From positions 1-53,253 of the forward strand of contig JBLHKB010000002.1 of the NCBI GenBank assembly GCA_047619315.1: a stretch of DNA of 53,253 nucleotides, given 5' to 3'. Shown here piece after piece: positions 20,350 through 29,649 of this stretch. The notes beneath the pieces were generated by a model. It saw only the letters and a list, made by a program, of their open reading frames with translations. It searched no databases and was not told the DNA's origin. This stretch comes from Polyangiales bacterium. Its GTDB lineage: Bacteria > Myxococcota_A > Polyangia > Polyangiales > Houyiibacteriaceae. Position 1 is the first letter of the stretch, and the number at the start of each line of letters is the position of its first letter. The position numbers and the translations under genes are program-made.

Positions 20350-22629
20350 ATGCGCGTACTCGTGCTCCATCCATCGATGACCGTGGCGCGGGATTTCATC
20401 GACTATCCCTACCTCGCCAACCTCGGCGGCGTTCAGCTCGCTGGCGCGCTGCGTTCAACGGACGTGGAGATGGTCTACATCGACGCCTTCGCTCTGCAGT
20501 CGTCGGCGGCGACATGGCAAGAAGACGGGCGCTTGCTCGTCGGTGCGCCAGTTCAGGACGTTCTTGCCCACGTAACGGGCAACTTCGACGCCGTGGTTCT
20601 CATCACGACACCCTTTCATCGCCCTGGGACCCGTGACGCGCTACTCGCGAAATTCGTCACGGAGCTCCGTGGGCGAACCCCGTACCTGCTCTTGGCCGAT
20701 GCATATCAGTCGGGGCAGCACTACGTCGAAGCCGACGTACTCTCGGCGTACCCAGAGGCCGACGCATGGCTCAAATACGAAGCCGAGGCTTCCATCGCGG
20801 AGGTCCTTCGAGAGCAGCCCCGAGGCATCATTCTTGGAAAGCGCGCGGACCTTTCCACGCTCCCCCTTCCCGCTTGGGACCTCATCTCGACGTCGGCGCT
20901 CTGGCAGTTCCACCGTCGCTTCGAAGAAGCCATCGCCCGACCGGCCTGGGCGTTTCCCATCGGCGAAAACGCGCTGCCCATGGTCACGAGCCGCGGTTGC
21001 CCTTTTCGATGCATTCACTGCTCGTCGAACCCAGACTTGAAAGCCGGAGAGGCCAAGACTCAGCGGCGCTTTGCCGAAGATGCCCTCCGTGCCCGCGTAG
21101 AGCAGGCGTCCCAGCTCGGTGCAAGGACGCTCCAGATCCTCGACGAGCTCATCAACGTCCGCCAGTCGCACTTCGACGCTTTCCTGGACGCCGTCGAAGC
21201 GTTGGACACGCCGCTTCGCTTCGAAGTACCCAACGGGTTTCGCGCGGACTACCTAACACCGGCGCACTTCGCGCGGATGCGTGGGCGATGCACCACCGTG
21301 AGCATCAGCGCCGAGAGCGGAAGCGCGCGCGTCGTGGCGGAGGTCGTCGACAAGCAGCTCGACCTCGGCGCCATCGAAGCCGCCGCCGAGAGCGCCCAGC
21401 GCGCCGGCATGCCGCTCTTGGTGCACTACATGATCGGGCTTCCCGGCGAGACGGCCTCCGAGGTCAACGAGACGCTCTCCTTCGCCGCGGACCTTTCGGA
21501 TCGCTTTGACGCCATACCCGCAGTCCAGTTCGCGACGCCGCTGCCCGGCACGGAACTGGCGCGACGGCTCCCCGTGCTCGAGAACGCGCCAAGCGATGGG
21601 GACTGGGGGCCTCGTTTTCAGATGGGCCCGTCCACGGGCGGACTCGACACGGAGACCCTCGCGACCTTCAAACGAGTCTTCGACCAGCGCATGGATGCCA
21701 GCGGCGGCCCGAAGAAGCTCATCATGAACGTCACCTATGTGTGCAACAACCACTGCACGTTCTGCGCGGTGGGAACGCGCACGCAGGTCGACGGACATCC
21801 GACGCGACAGCGCGAGATCCTGGACAAGTACCGACGCCACGGCGTTCACCTCGTCGACTTTGACGGCGGCGAGCCCACTTTGAACCCCGAGCTTGTGAGC
21901 CTCATTCGCTACGCACGACGCGTCGGCTACGAACGCGTCAACGTGACGACGAACGGTCGACTCCTCGCGTATGAGGACTTCGCCAAGAAGCTCGTTCAAA
22001 GCGGACTCACCAGTCTGCTCTTCAGCGTGCACGGGCCGGACCTCAAGAGCCACGCCCGCGAGGTTGGTGTCGCTGAGGCCTTCGACCAAACGGTCGCCGG
22101 GATCAAATACGCCGTGAAGCACGCGCCGCCGAACGTGGAGATCGGCATGAACGTGACGTTGACGAAGACCAATTATAAGAAGCTCGATGAGCTCGCCGCT
22201 TTCGGCTTTGGTCTTGGGCTTCCGTGGCTGAACATCCAGTTCCTAACGCCTTTTGGCCGCGCGACCACGGACGTTGCGCCGGACACCGAAGAGGCCGCGG
22301 CGATCACCGCGGCGGTCATCGACAAGTGGAAAGACCGCATGAAGTTCCAGGTGATCAACCTGCCTTGGTGCTTCTTGCCGGACCACGAGGAGTTTCTCGT
22401 GGGAGACAGCCTCAAGCTCGGGCGACACATGGTGTTCGTGAACAACGAGACCGTGAACCTCGCGGAGTACCTCGCCGAGCGAAGACACAAGAAGCCGGTG
22501 TGCGAATCTTGCGCATATGGCGTTTTCTGCGGCGGCTTCTACCAGCTCGAGGACGTGCCTGAACCGGAGTGGATCGTCTCGCCGGAATCCCTGACGAAGA
22601 AGATCCGGCCCGAACTCGACGTTCGATGA
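20350..22629 (+). CDS. Double radical SAM protein: B12-binding-type radical SAM fused to an HxsC-type radical SAM
   Basis: MRVLVLHP..YPYLANLG N-domain; TSRGCPFRCIHC, SAESGS, YMIGLPGET (class B-like); second core CNNHCTFC, DGGEPT, TTNGR, LPWC...CESCAYGVFCGG. Confidence 0.9.
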   Translation: MRVLVLHPSMTVARDFIDYPYLANLGGVQLAGALRSTDVEMVYIDAFALQSSAATWQEDGRLLVGAPVQDVLAHVTGNFDAVVLITTPFHRPGTRDALLAKFVTELRGRTPYLLLADAYQSGQHYVEADVLSAYPEADAWLKYEAEASIAEVLREQPRGIILGKRADLSTLPLPAWDLISTSALWQFHRRFEEAIARPAWAFPIGENALPMVTSRGCPFRCIHCSSNPDLKAGEAKTQRRFAEDALRARVEQASQLGARTLQILDELINVRQSHFDAFLDAVEALDTPLRFEVPNGFRADYLTPAHFARMRGRCTTVSISAESGSARVVAEVVDKQLDLGAIEAAAESAQRAGMPLLVHYMIGLPGETASEVNETLSFAADLSDRFDAIPAVQFATPLPGTELARRLPVLENAPSDGDWGPRFQMGPSTGGLDTETLATFKRVFDQRMDASGGPKKLIMNVTYVCNNHCTFCAVGTRTQVDGHPTRQREILDKYRRHGVHLVDFDGGEPTLNPELVSLIRYARRVGYERVNVTTNGRLLAYEDFAKKLVQSGLTSLLFSVHGPDLKSHAREVGVAEAFDQTVAGIKYAVKHAPPNVEIGMNVTLTKTNYKKLDELAAFGFGLGLPWLNIQFLTPFGRATTDVAPDTEEAAAITAAVIDKWKDRMKFQVINLPWCFLPDHEEFLVGDSLKLGRHMVFVNNETVNLAEYLAERRHKKPVCESCAYGVFCGGFYQLEDVPEPEWIVSPESLTKKIRPELDVR

Positions 22630-23555
22630 CCCGGCTTCTGGACGTCGTCATGCACTACGAGTGCAATCTGGCCTGCGACTACTGCACGATCACGCCTCAA
22701 ATGCGGACGCGTTCGCTCTCGGCTCGGCAGATCGCCGCCGCCATGCAGCGTGCGAGGCGCGACGGGATTACCGAGCTGAGCTTCACGGGCGGAGAGCCCA
22801 CCATTCGCGGAGACCTGCTGCCGCTCATCCGCGCAGCGAAAAAGCTCGGCTTCATGGACATCAAGGTCCAGAGCAACGGGCTCCTCTTCACGCCAGCGAA
22901 CGTTCAACGGCTCCGAGACGCCGGCGTGACTCGATTTCACGTGAGTGTGCACACGCATCTCAAGGAGCCCTACGAGCGGATGGTGCGTGGCGCCGCTTAT
23001 GACGCGATGGAAGCCGGACTTCGGGCTCTCACAGCCGCAAACGTGCGCCCGGTGGCAGACCTCATTATGAGCGACGAGACCGCCCCTCGGCTCGCCGGGG
23101 CCGTCAAATGGCTCGCCGAACGCGACATTCGGCGGGCACGGCTCTGGCTTATTTCGCTCACCGATGGGAATCGCGATCGCCTTCACTCACTTCTGCCCCT
23201 CGACGAGCTGATGCCGCACGTTTCACGTGCTTTTGAGGCTGCAGACGATCGCGGCTTGGACCTCCGAAGCCTTCATTTGCCGAAGTGCATCCTTGGGAAA
23301 TACGCCGACCGCAGCGAAGACCCGGCGGCGGGCGGCGTTCGCCTCATAACACCCGATGATGAGCGCGATCTGGCCGACGCCAAGCTCACTCCCGGCGCGT
23401 TTGTCCCGGCCTGTGAGGGGTGTCCAGACCGGCAGAGTTGCCGTGGGTTACGGGCGGATTACCTCGAAGTTCATGGGGACGCCGCCGTCGCTCATGCCCG
23501 TGGAAAAAACCCCGCTATCAATCCGACACGCCTACGTGTAGTAAGTGAATCGTGA
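22626..23555 (+). CDS. Radical SAM protein (HxsC-type)
   Basis: ATGA overlap; CNLACDYC, TGGEPT, QSNG, LPKC...CEGCPDRQSCRG. Confidence 0.92.
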   Translation: MTRLLDVVMHYECNLACDYCTITPQMRTRSLSARQIAAAMQRARRDGITELSFTGGEPTIRGDLLPLIRAAKKLGFMDIKVQSNGLLFTPANVQRLRDAGVTRFHVSVHTHLKEPYERMVRGAAYDAMEAGLRALTAANVRPVADLIMSDETAPRLAGAVKWLAERDIRRARLWLISLTDGNRDRLHSLLPLDELMPHVSRAFEAADDRGLDLRSLHLPKCILGKYADRSEDPAAGGVRLITPDDERDLADAKLTPGAFVPACEGCPDRQSCRGLRADYLEVHGDAAVAHARGKNPAINPTRLRVVSES

Positions 23556-24040
23556 TTCGGCCCTACAGCCCTGAGGACGCCGGCAAAATTCTGCTTCTCA
23601 ACGAAAGCAGCATTCCTGCCGTCAGCGTCATCGACGCACAGCGTCTCGCCTTCTTTGCGAAGGAAGCCTCGTGGTTCCAGGTCCTCGAAGTCGACGGGCA
23701 GGTCGAGGGCTTCGTCATCCTGCTGGTGGAGAGCACTCGGGAATACATGAGCCCGAATTTCCGGTGGTTCTTGAAGCGTCACGAGCGCTTTGCTTATATC
23801 GACCGAATCGCTCTGAGCGAAACGGTGCGTCGGAATGGGCATGGCCGCCGGCTATACGAAGAAGCTGAAGCTTGGGTCCGAGCAAACTCCCGCGCGCTCA
23901 TCTGCGCCGAAGTGAATACAGTACCGCCGAATCCCGCCTCTCATCGCTTTCACCGAGCCACGGGCTTTCGTGAAGTCGCGCGCACTCGCCCCTACGGGCC
24001 GGACAAAGAAGTCGCGATGTACGAGAAGTACCTGGATTAG
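23552..24040 (+). CDS. GNAT family N-acetyltransferase
   Basis: YIDRIALSETVRRNGHGRRLY (motif A), CAEVN..PPNPASHRFH..GF; GTGA overlap with the radical SAM gene. Confidence 0.88.
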   Translation: MIRPYSPEDAGKILLLNESSIPAVSVIDAQRLAFFAKEASWFQVLEVDGQVEGFVILLVESTREYMSPNFRWFLKRHERFAYIDRIALSETVRRNGHGRRLYEEAEAWVRANSRALICAEVNTVPPNPASHRFHRATGFREVARTRPYGPDKEVAMYEKYLD

Positions 24041-24083
24041 CGCCACGGCGTTGTCGCGCTAAAAAGTCGCGCTAAGAAGACGC

Positions 24084-24857
24084 ATGGCCGCCGCTCCCCA
24101 GACTCGCCCCGTGGCTCTCGTGACCGGCGGCGCAAAGCGCATTGGCCGCGCGATGTGCGAAGACCTCGCGCGGGAGGGCTTTGATGTGGCGGTGCACTAC
24201 TCGCTCTCCGAGAAGGAAGCGGAAGAGTGCGTCCAGGCCCTGAAGCAACACGGAGCAAACGCGTGTGCCCTTCAGGCGGACTTGAGCGTGTGGGATCAAA
24301 CGGCAGGCCTCGTGAGCGCCGCGAGTTCACAGCTCGGTCCCGTGCAGCTCCTCGTCAACAACGCCTCGCGTTTCCTCCCGGACGCACTCACCCGTTTCGA
24401 CGAGGCCACCTGGGATGCCCATTTCAACCTCCACGTCAAAGCCCCCGCGCTGCTAACACAGGCCTTCGCCGCCGAGCTTCCGGAAGCGATGGAGGGCCTC
24501 GTCGTGAACATCATCGACCAACGCGTGTGGCGCGAAACTCCGCTCTTCTTTTCCTACACGCTCTCGAAGAGCGCCCTGTGGACGGCTACGCGTACGATGG
24601 CTCAGAGCCTCGCGCCGCGGATTCGGGTCAACGCCATCGGGCCGGGTCCAACGCTTCAGAGCGACCGGCAAAGTGATGAGGACTTTCGCGGACAGGTCGC
24701 GGCGCTTCCACTTCAGCGCTCACCGACCTTCGCCGAATTTGGCGCCACGCTCCGCTACCTGTGGGAGTCGCGCTCGATCACGGGACAAATGATCGCCCTC
24801 GATGGCGGAGCACACCTCGCGTGGCAGACGCCTCACGTGGCCGGCGTCATCGAATAG
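24084..24857 (+). CDS. SDR oxidoreductase (pteridine reductase/FolM-like)
   Basis: TGGAKRIG, NNAS, NIID, YTLSK, IRVNAIGPG. Confidence 0.9.
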   Translation: MAAAPQTRPVALVTGGAKRIGRAMCEDLAREGFDVAVHYSLSEKEAEECVQALKQHGANACALQADLSVWDQTAGLVSAASSQLGPVQLLVNNASRFLPDALTRFDEATWDAHFNLHVKAPALLTQAFAAELPEAMEGLVVNIIDQRVWRETPLFFSYTLSKSALWTATRTMAQSLAPRIRVNAIGPGPTLQSDRQSDEDFRGQVAALPLQRSPTFAEFGATLRYLWESRSITGQMIALDGGAHLAWQTPHVAGVIE

Positions 24858-24896
24858 CGACTCTCCCACGCAGCCCCTGCGTGCTACAGAATCGCC

Positions 24897-25439
24897 ATGA
24901 CGCCCGGTCAGCTCATCGACACACTTCTCGCGCTCCACCCTCTCTCTGAGCTTCCGAGAACCGGGTGGGTTTTGAGCGGGGTCGCGAGTCCCGAGAGCGT
25001 CGCTGCTCACTCCTACGCTGTGGCCGTTTGCGCCATGGGCATCGTCGATGCGCTTCGTGAAGCCGGCGAGAGTATCGACGGCGAGGCGGTTCTTCGATTC
25101 GCGCTCCTCCATGATGCCGCGGAGGTCGTCACTGGCGATATCCCTGGCCCTGCCAAGACGGCGGCGCTCAAATCAGCGCTGGCGGAAGTGGAAGCGGACG
25201 CGCTGGCGAGACTCCTTCCAGCGGAGTGGTCCGACAGCGCCGCGGGCTCTCCCCTCGATTCGCGCGTGGCGGAGATCGTTCACGCTGCCGACAAGGTTCA
25301 GATGTTGGCCAAAGCGCTCAGCTACGAACAGAGCGGGCGCGGGCAGCTGAGCGCTTTCTGGGAAAAGAAACGAAGCTCGGACATCCCCTTCGTGGATGCT
25401 CTTCACGCGGAGCTCCGGTCGCGAAGGGATCCGTCGTGA
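24897..25439 (+). CDS. HD-domain hydrolase (YfbR/5'-deoxynucleotidase-like)
   Basis: LPRTGW, ESVAAHS, LLHDAAEVVTGDIP, ADK. Confidence 0.88.
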   Translation: MTPGQLIDTLLALHPLSELPRTGWVLSGVASPESVAAHSYAVAVCAMGIVDALREAGESIDGEAVLRFALLHDAAEVVTGDIPGPAKTAALKSALAEVEADALARLLPAEWSDSAAGSPLDSRVAEIVHAADKVQMLAKALSYEQSGRGQLSAFWEKKRSSDIPFVDALHAELRSRRDPS

Positions 25440-26032
25440 GGGCTTTCTCCATCGCGCTTCTATGGTGCGCCGCCTGCGCACAGCCGCAATCCGTGGCGAC
25501 CTCGTCCAGCGGCGGCGAAGCGGCCATGGAGACATCCACGGGGGCATCGCCGGCCGAGGTGACGCCGGCGGAAAGCGCGGGCGCGTTTGAAGATCCGCCG
25601 CCCCCTTCGCGGGAGGCGGCGGCGGCGGCGGAGACGGTGGTGGCGGTGGTTTCCACGACCACAACAACAGAGACCGAAGCCCCCGAGACCGTTGCGCGCG
25701 CGAGGCCCACGACGATTCTCGCGCCGGCGCGCTCGGGACGCCTTCGACTGCCGGCGGTTCACGAGGTGATTCGAGAGCACCGGCCCGAGGTGACGGCTTG
25801 TTACACAGAGGGGCTCTCTCGGGATCGCTCCCTCGCAGGCGTCGCCAAGGTGCGCTTCTTGGTGGGTCCACGCGGTCGCATCGAGGACGCCGAGGTATAT
25901 GAGTCGTCCCTCAACGATGACGTGGTGGAGCTTTGCATCCTGACAGCGATGCGGGAATGGCGTTTCCCCCGCCCGCGTCCCCGGGGGGCGTCGGTGCTCA
26001 TGACGTACCCCTATTCCCTTGCGACGGAATAG
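25436..26032 (+). CDS. Lipoprotein with AgmX/PglI (TonB C-terminal-like) domain
   Basis: VRAFSIALLWCAAC; CYTEGLSRDRSLAGVAKVRFLVGPRG...VELCILTAMREWRFPRP; GTGA overlap. Confidence 0.8.
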   Translation: MRAFSIALLWCAACAQPQSVATSSSGGEAAMETSTGASPAEVTPAESAGAFEDPPPPSREAAAAAETVVAVVSTTTTTETEAPETVARARPTTILAPARSGRLRLPAVHEVIREHRPEVTACYTEGLSRDRSLAGVAKVRFLVGPRGRIEDAEVYESSLNDDVVELCILTAMREWRFPRPRPRGASVLMTYPYSLATE

Positions 26033-26048
26033 TGCGCTACGCTCTCGC

Positions 26049-26225
26049 ATGCCCAAGTGCCAAGGTTGTAAAGAAGAGGCCGATGACCTTGTGCCCTTCA
26101 AAGTCGAGGGAAAGCGCAAAAAGCTCTGCGAAGATTGCCTGGAGATAGCTGAAGAGCAGGCAGAGATCGCCGAAATGGGCGAATCCGCGATGCAGGATAT
26201 GATGGGTTATAAGGGCCGCCGGTAG
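26049..26225 (+). CDS. Small zinc-ribbon-like protein
   Basis: MPKCQGC...LCEDC; TACGCT box 5 nt upstream. Confidence 0.75.
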   Translation: MPKCQGCKEEADDLVPFKVEGKRKKLCEDCLEIAEEQAEIAEMGESAMQDMMGYKGRR

Positions 26226-26391
26226 TTGGACCGGCCTGCTGGGAAACAGGTAGGTAAATAGGCGACACTGGCCGAACCACCACGCTCTCACGAGGCGCTT
26301 CACGCACGGTGTGGCTGCGAAGTGTGGGACGTCTCGACGAAAACGTGCAGCACGAGCGCCGAAGATGCGGATCCTAGGCTATACTCGCTAC

Positions 26392-27927
26392 GTGAATCAC
26401 TTCTGCGCCACCCTCCTCGGACTACTACTCGTCGTTGGCTGTGCGAAGGGCAGCGGCGACGCCGTCGTCCACGTCAATCTTCGAACGGACTATGCAGCTC
26501 TCGCGGAGTGGACCGAAGCGAGGATCGTGTTGGTCAAACCTGGCGGCGAGGAGGAGGAGTACATTCACACCGCGTCCGCGGCGGACTACGTCTCCGGCGC
26601 GCGCGTTCACTCCTTCGAAGGGCTCGGCCAAGGCGACTACGAGGTCCGTGGGGAGCTCGTGACGGCCAGCGGTCGCACCGTAGGTTCGCGTCGCCTGACG
26701 TTCACGTTGTTGGGGGAGACGTTTGCCACGGCGCTCATCACACGAAGCTGCGAGGGAATCGTATGCCCCATGGGCGACCCGGCGGCCACGGAATGCAGCG
26801 GCGGCCGCTGCGTCCTCCCGGAGTGCTCGGATACAAACCGGGATGCCTGCGACGTTGGCTGCGCTGGTGATACCGACTGCGTCAGCTCCGTCGCATGCGC
26901 GGCCGGACTCTGCACGTCTGAAGGTGCTTGCATCTTCGAGCCCATCGAAGGCATTTGCCAAGACGTCGAGTACTGCGACAGCGATCGCGGATGTCTGATG
27001 GCACCGATCGGCGACGCCGGCGTGATGGACTCCTCCGTGCCCGATTTCGATGGGGGTACTCCTGACGCGGGCCCCACGACATGCGACCCCGTGTGCGCTG
27101 GCTTCGACATCTGCGAAGACGGTGTGTGTGTCCCTTCCACGGGTTGCCTCACAGGCGGAGAATGCGCCGACGACTTAATCTGCCGAAACCGCCGCTGCGT
27201 GCCTCCGACGCAAGATGTTGACGGTGACGGTTCGCCAGCAAGCGAAGACTGCAACGAGCTTCGCCCTGAGGCCTATCCGGGCGCTCCCGAGCTCTGCAAC
27301 AACTTGGACGAGGACTGCGACGAGATCGTCGATGAAGGGAACCCCGGCGTCCTCTGCACAGAAGAAGGCGGCGAATGCATGAACGGAACCTGCGGCTGTC
27401 CCCCAGGCATGCTGGACGTCGACGGCGTCCCGGACACCGGCTGCGAATGCGTCATTACGCCCGATGAGGGAGCCACCGGCGCGGTCTGCGCCACTCCATT
27501 CGGCCTAGGCAGCCTCGCGGACAGCGGCCAGATGATGACCGTCAGCGGCAACGCGCTCCCGATGGGACGTGAGGTTTGGTACTCAGTGATCGGTTCGGAC
27601 AGCACCGATACCGCCTGCGACACCTACGACTTTAGAGCGCGTTTCACGGACAACCCGGGCGACGCGTTCCGCCTTGATGTCCGGCGCAGCGCTTGCGACG
27701 CTATGTCTTGCGACATGTCCGAGGCCGGGTTCACCGAGTACAGCTTCTCCACGAACTTCCGCGACGCCGCTGGAGTCGGCGAATGCCCCTGTGCTGTGGC
27801 TCCAGGCCAGCCTGGACGAAACATCTGCTCGAACAACACGGCGACCTACTACGTTCGCGTCTTCCGCCGCCCGGGTGCGCCGGTGACGTGTGCGCCCTAC
27901 ACGCTGCAGCTCAGCAACGGCATCTGA
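26392..27927 (+). CDS. Cys-rich lipoprotein with MopE-like putative metal-binding motif
   Basis: Lipobox LVVGC; DVDGDG..EDCNE..PEAYPGAPELCNNLDEDCDEIVDEG; many EGF-like Cys clusters; TATACT 6 nt before GTG. Confidence 0.85.
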   Translation: MNHFCATLLGLLLVVGCAKGSGDAVVHVNLRTDYAALAEWTEARIVLVKPGGEEEEYIHTASAADYVSGARVHSFEGLGQGDYEVRGELVTASGRTVGSRRLTFTLLGETFATALITRSCEGIVCPMGDPAATECSGGRCVLPECSDTNRDACDVGCAGDTDCVSSVACAAGLCTSEGACIFEPIEGICQDVEYCDSDRGCLMAPIGDAGVMDSSVPDFDGGTPDAGPTTCDPVCAGFDICEDGVCVPSTGCLTGGECADDLICRNRRCVPPTQDVDGDGSPASEDCNELRPEAYPGAPELCNNLDEDCDEIVDEGNPGVLCTEEGGECMNGTCGCPPGMLDVDGVPDTGCECVITPDEGATGAVCATPFGLGSLADSGQMMTVSGNALPMGREVWYSVIGSDSTDTACDTYDFRARFTDNPGDAFRLDVRRSACDAMSCDMSEAGFTEYSFSTNFRDAAGVGECPCAVAPGQPGRNICSNNTATYYVRVFRRPGAPVTCAPYTLQLSNGI

Positions 27928-27931
27928 GCGA

Positions 27932-27985
27932 CGTCATCGAGAGCAACCGCATCAAGAGCAACGTCATCGAGAGCGGCGGCATCGA
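27932..27985 (+). repeat. Degenerate 15-bp tandem repeat (about 3.5 copies)
   Basis: cgtcatcgagagcaa/ccgcatcaagagcaa/cgtcatcgagagcgg/cggcatcga. Confidence 0.7.
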
Positions 27986-28582
27986 GTGAGCGAAGAAGAC
28001 ACCTGTCCGCCTCAATGCTTGTCGTGCCTGGGGGGAGCGAAGGATGCGCACGAGGTTCACCATGGCTATCCAGTCGCTGCCGCGGCGCGATGGCTCGTTG
28101 ATCTTCATGCAGATTCCGAAGCGCCCCACGATTTCGTGACGAGCGATGGTTCCTTCGAGCGGACCCTTGCGCTCCTGGAACAAGGCAAGTCGAACAACCA
28201 GATCATCGAAGTACGCACGTGGCTGACACGCGCCACGTTTCGCCATCTTCGCGAGCTGCCTCGCCTCCTCAAAGAGGGTCAGGTGTGCGCGTGGCATCTG
28301 AATGTCCTTCCTTGGGGCAACGACGCTGTTCCGCGCCTGGCCATGGCATGGCCACACGCGCTGAGAGCGGCCAAAGAGGCGGAAGCCGAAGGCATCACCG
28401 TGACCACCCACGGTGCTCCGCGGTGTGTCCTTGGACCCTTCTCTCGCTTCGCCGGCGATGAAACGTCCAAGACCTTTGGCGCGAAATGCGAAAGCTGTGT
28501 GGCGCGAGCTGAGTGCGTTGGCGTCGACGAGGGCTACCTCGCTCGCTTCGGAGACGAAGACCTTCGAGCCCTCAAGAGCTAG
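27986..28582 (+). CDS. Miniature HxsC-type radical SAM-like protein
   Basis: CPPQCLSC (CxxxCxxC); VDLHAD...HDFVTSDGSFERTL; APRC...CESCVARAECVG..YLARFG; no GGEP or TNG segment. Start uncertain. Confidence 0.7.
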   Translation: MSEEDTCPPQCLSCLGGAKDAHEVHHGYPVAAAARWLVDLHADSEAPHDFVTSDGSFERTLALLEQGKSNNQIIEVRTWLTRATFRHLRELPRLLKEGQVCAWHLNVLPWGNDAVPRLAMAWPHALRAAKEAEAEGITVTTHGAPRCVLGPFSRFAGDETSKTFGAKCESCVARAECVGVDEGYLARFGDEDLRALKS

Positions 28583-29649
28583 CCCTCGGCGGCAAGAACT
28601 GGCTGCATCTCATCCCAGCCGTAGCGGGTGAGGTAGTTTCGCCACACGCCTTCGCACACGGAGTCGTACTTGCAGCTTGAGCACTCCGCGCGCTTCTCCC
28701 GCATGGCGTCATCGAGGTCCGAGCGACGAATCCCTGAGACGCTCGCGCCTCCTGGCCCTTGCACGTCTTCGCCTTCGAGGGCGATGTCATGGCTCGTGTC
28801 GCTTGGACCTTCGTAGTGCTTATAGCTCTCGACGAAGCCGCGGTTAAAGTCAGGGAGCGCCGTCGTCGTGCATGGCGGGATGTCGACGAGGAAGGCCATG
28901 GGGCGTTCTTCTTCGCTGGCTTCGAGGAACGCGCGGACGGTCTCGGCGATTTCGCTGTAGCGGGGGAAGATGCGCTCGAAGTGGGTGTTCGCGCGTCCGT
29001 TCGCTTGCATCACATTGAGGATCACCTGCTGCACACCCAGGCCGCGCAAGAACGCGTAGATCTCGCCGACGTGCGGGAGGTTTCTCTTCGTGATGACGGT
29101 GCTGGTGTGAAGCTCGATGCCGTAGCGTTGGAGTGCGGCGATCTGACGGATGCCGGCGACGGTTTGGTCGTAAGCACCAGGGGTGCGAACGAGGGAGTCG
29201 TGGAGCTTCTCCGTGTGCCCATGAATGCTGATGTAGAAGCGGTTGAGTCCAGCCTTGGCGAGGCCTTTGGCGAAGCGCTCATACCCCAGCGCGCGACCGT
29301 TCGTCATGATGCTGATCTTCGGCACGCCGGCGGCTTTCGCCATCTTTACCCAGTGCGGTAAGCGACGGTTCGTCGTCGGCTCGCCGGAGGTGAAACAGAT
29401 CTCTTCGCACCCCGCATGTTCACGGAGGATCCACTCGACGAGGTCGTCGTCGGTGCGCGCGTTCGTGACCTTCCGGCCATCGCGATCTTCTTCCATGCAG
29501 AAGATGCAGTTGTTGTTGCAGACGGTGCCCGTCAGAACGTGAACGCGTTCGCTCTTCGTTCGAACACGTTCGCGGAAACCTCGCTCGCCGTCTTCACGGC
29601 CCTCGTCAAGAACCGGTAGGCGACGCTGAGGCGAGCCGGCGTCTACCAC
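28579..29649 (-). CDS. His-Xaa-Ser system radical SAM protein, HxsC-like
   Basis: GTG overlaps the precursor end; CNNNCIFC, TSGEPT, MTNGR, SIHG..LHD, IPPC...CSSCKYDSVCEG..YLTRYG. Confidence 0.88.
   Translation of the reverse strand: MVDAGSPQRRLPVLDEGREDGERGFRERVRTKSERVHVLTGTVCNNNCIFCMEEDRDGRKVTNARTDDDLVEWILREHAGCEEICFTSGEPTTNRRLPHWVKMAKAAGVPKISIMTNGRALGYERFAKGLAKAGLNRFYISIHGHTEKLHDSLVRTPGAYDQTVAGIRQIAALQRYGIELHTSTVITKRNLPHVGEIYAFLRGLGVQQVILNVMQANGRANTHFERIFPRYSEIAETVRAFLEASEEERPMAFLVDIPPCTTTALPDFNRGFVESYKHYEGPSDTSHDIALEGEDVQGPGGASVSGIRRSDLDDAMREKRAECSSCKYDSVCEGVWRNYLTRYGWDEMQPVLAAEG

Noticed and set aside
24084-27927. SDR, HD hydrolase, AgmX-like and MopE-like genes as hxs pathway members
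   Set aside because: Common standalone families, two of the genes in this stretch have their own -10 boxes; proximity alone is insufficient.
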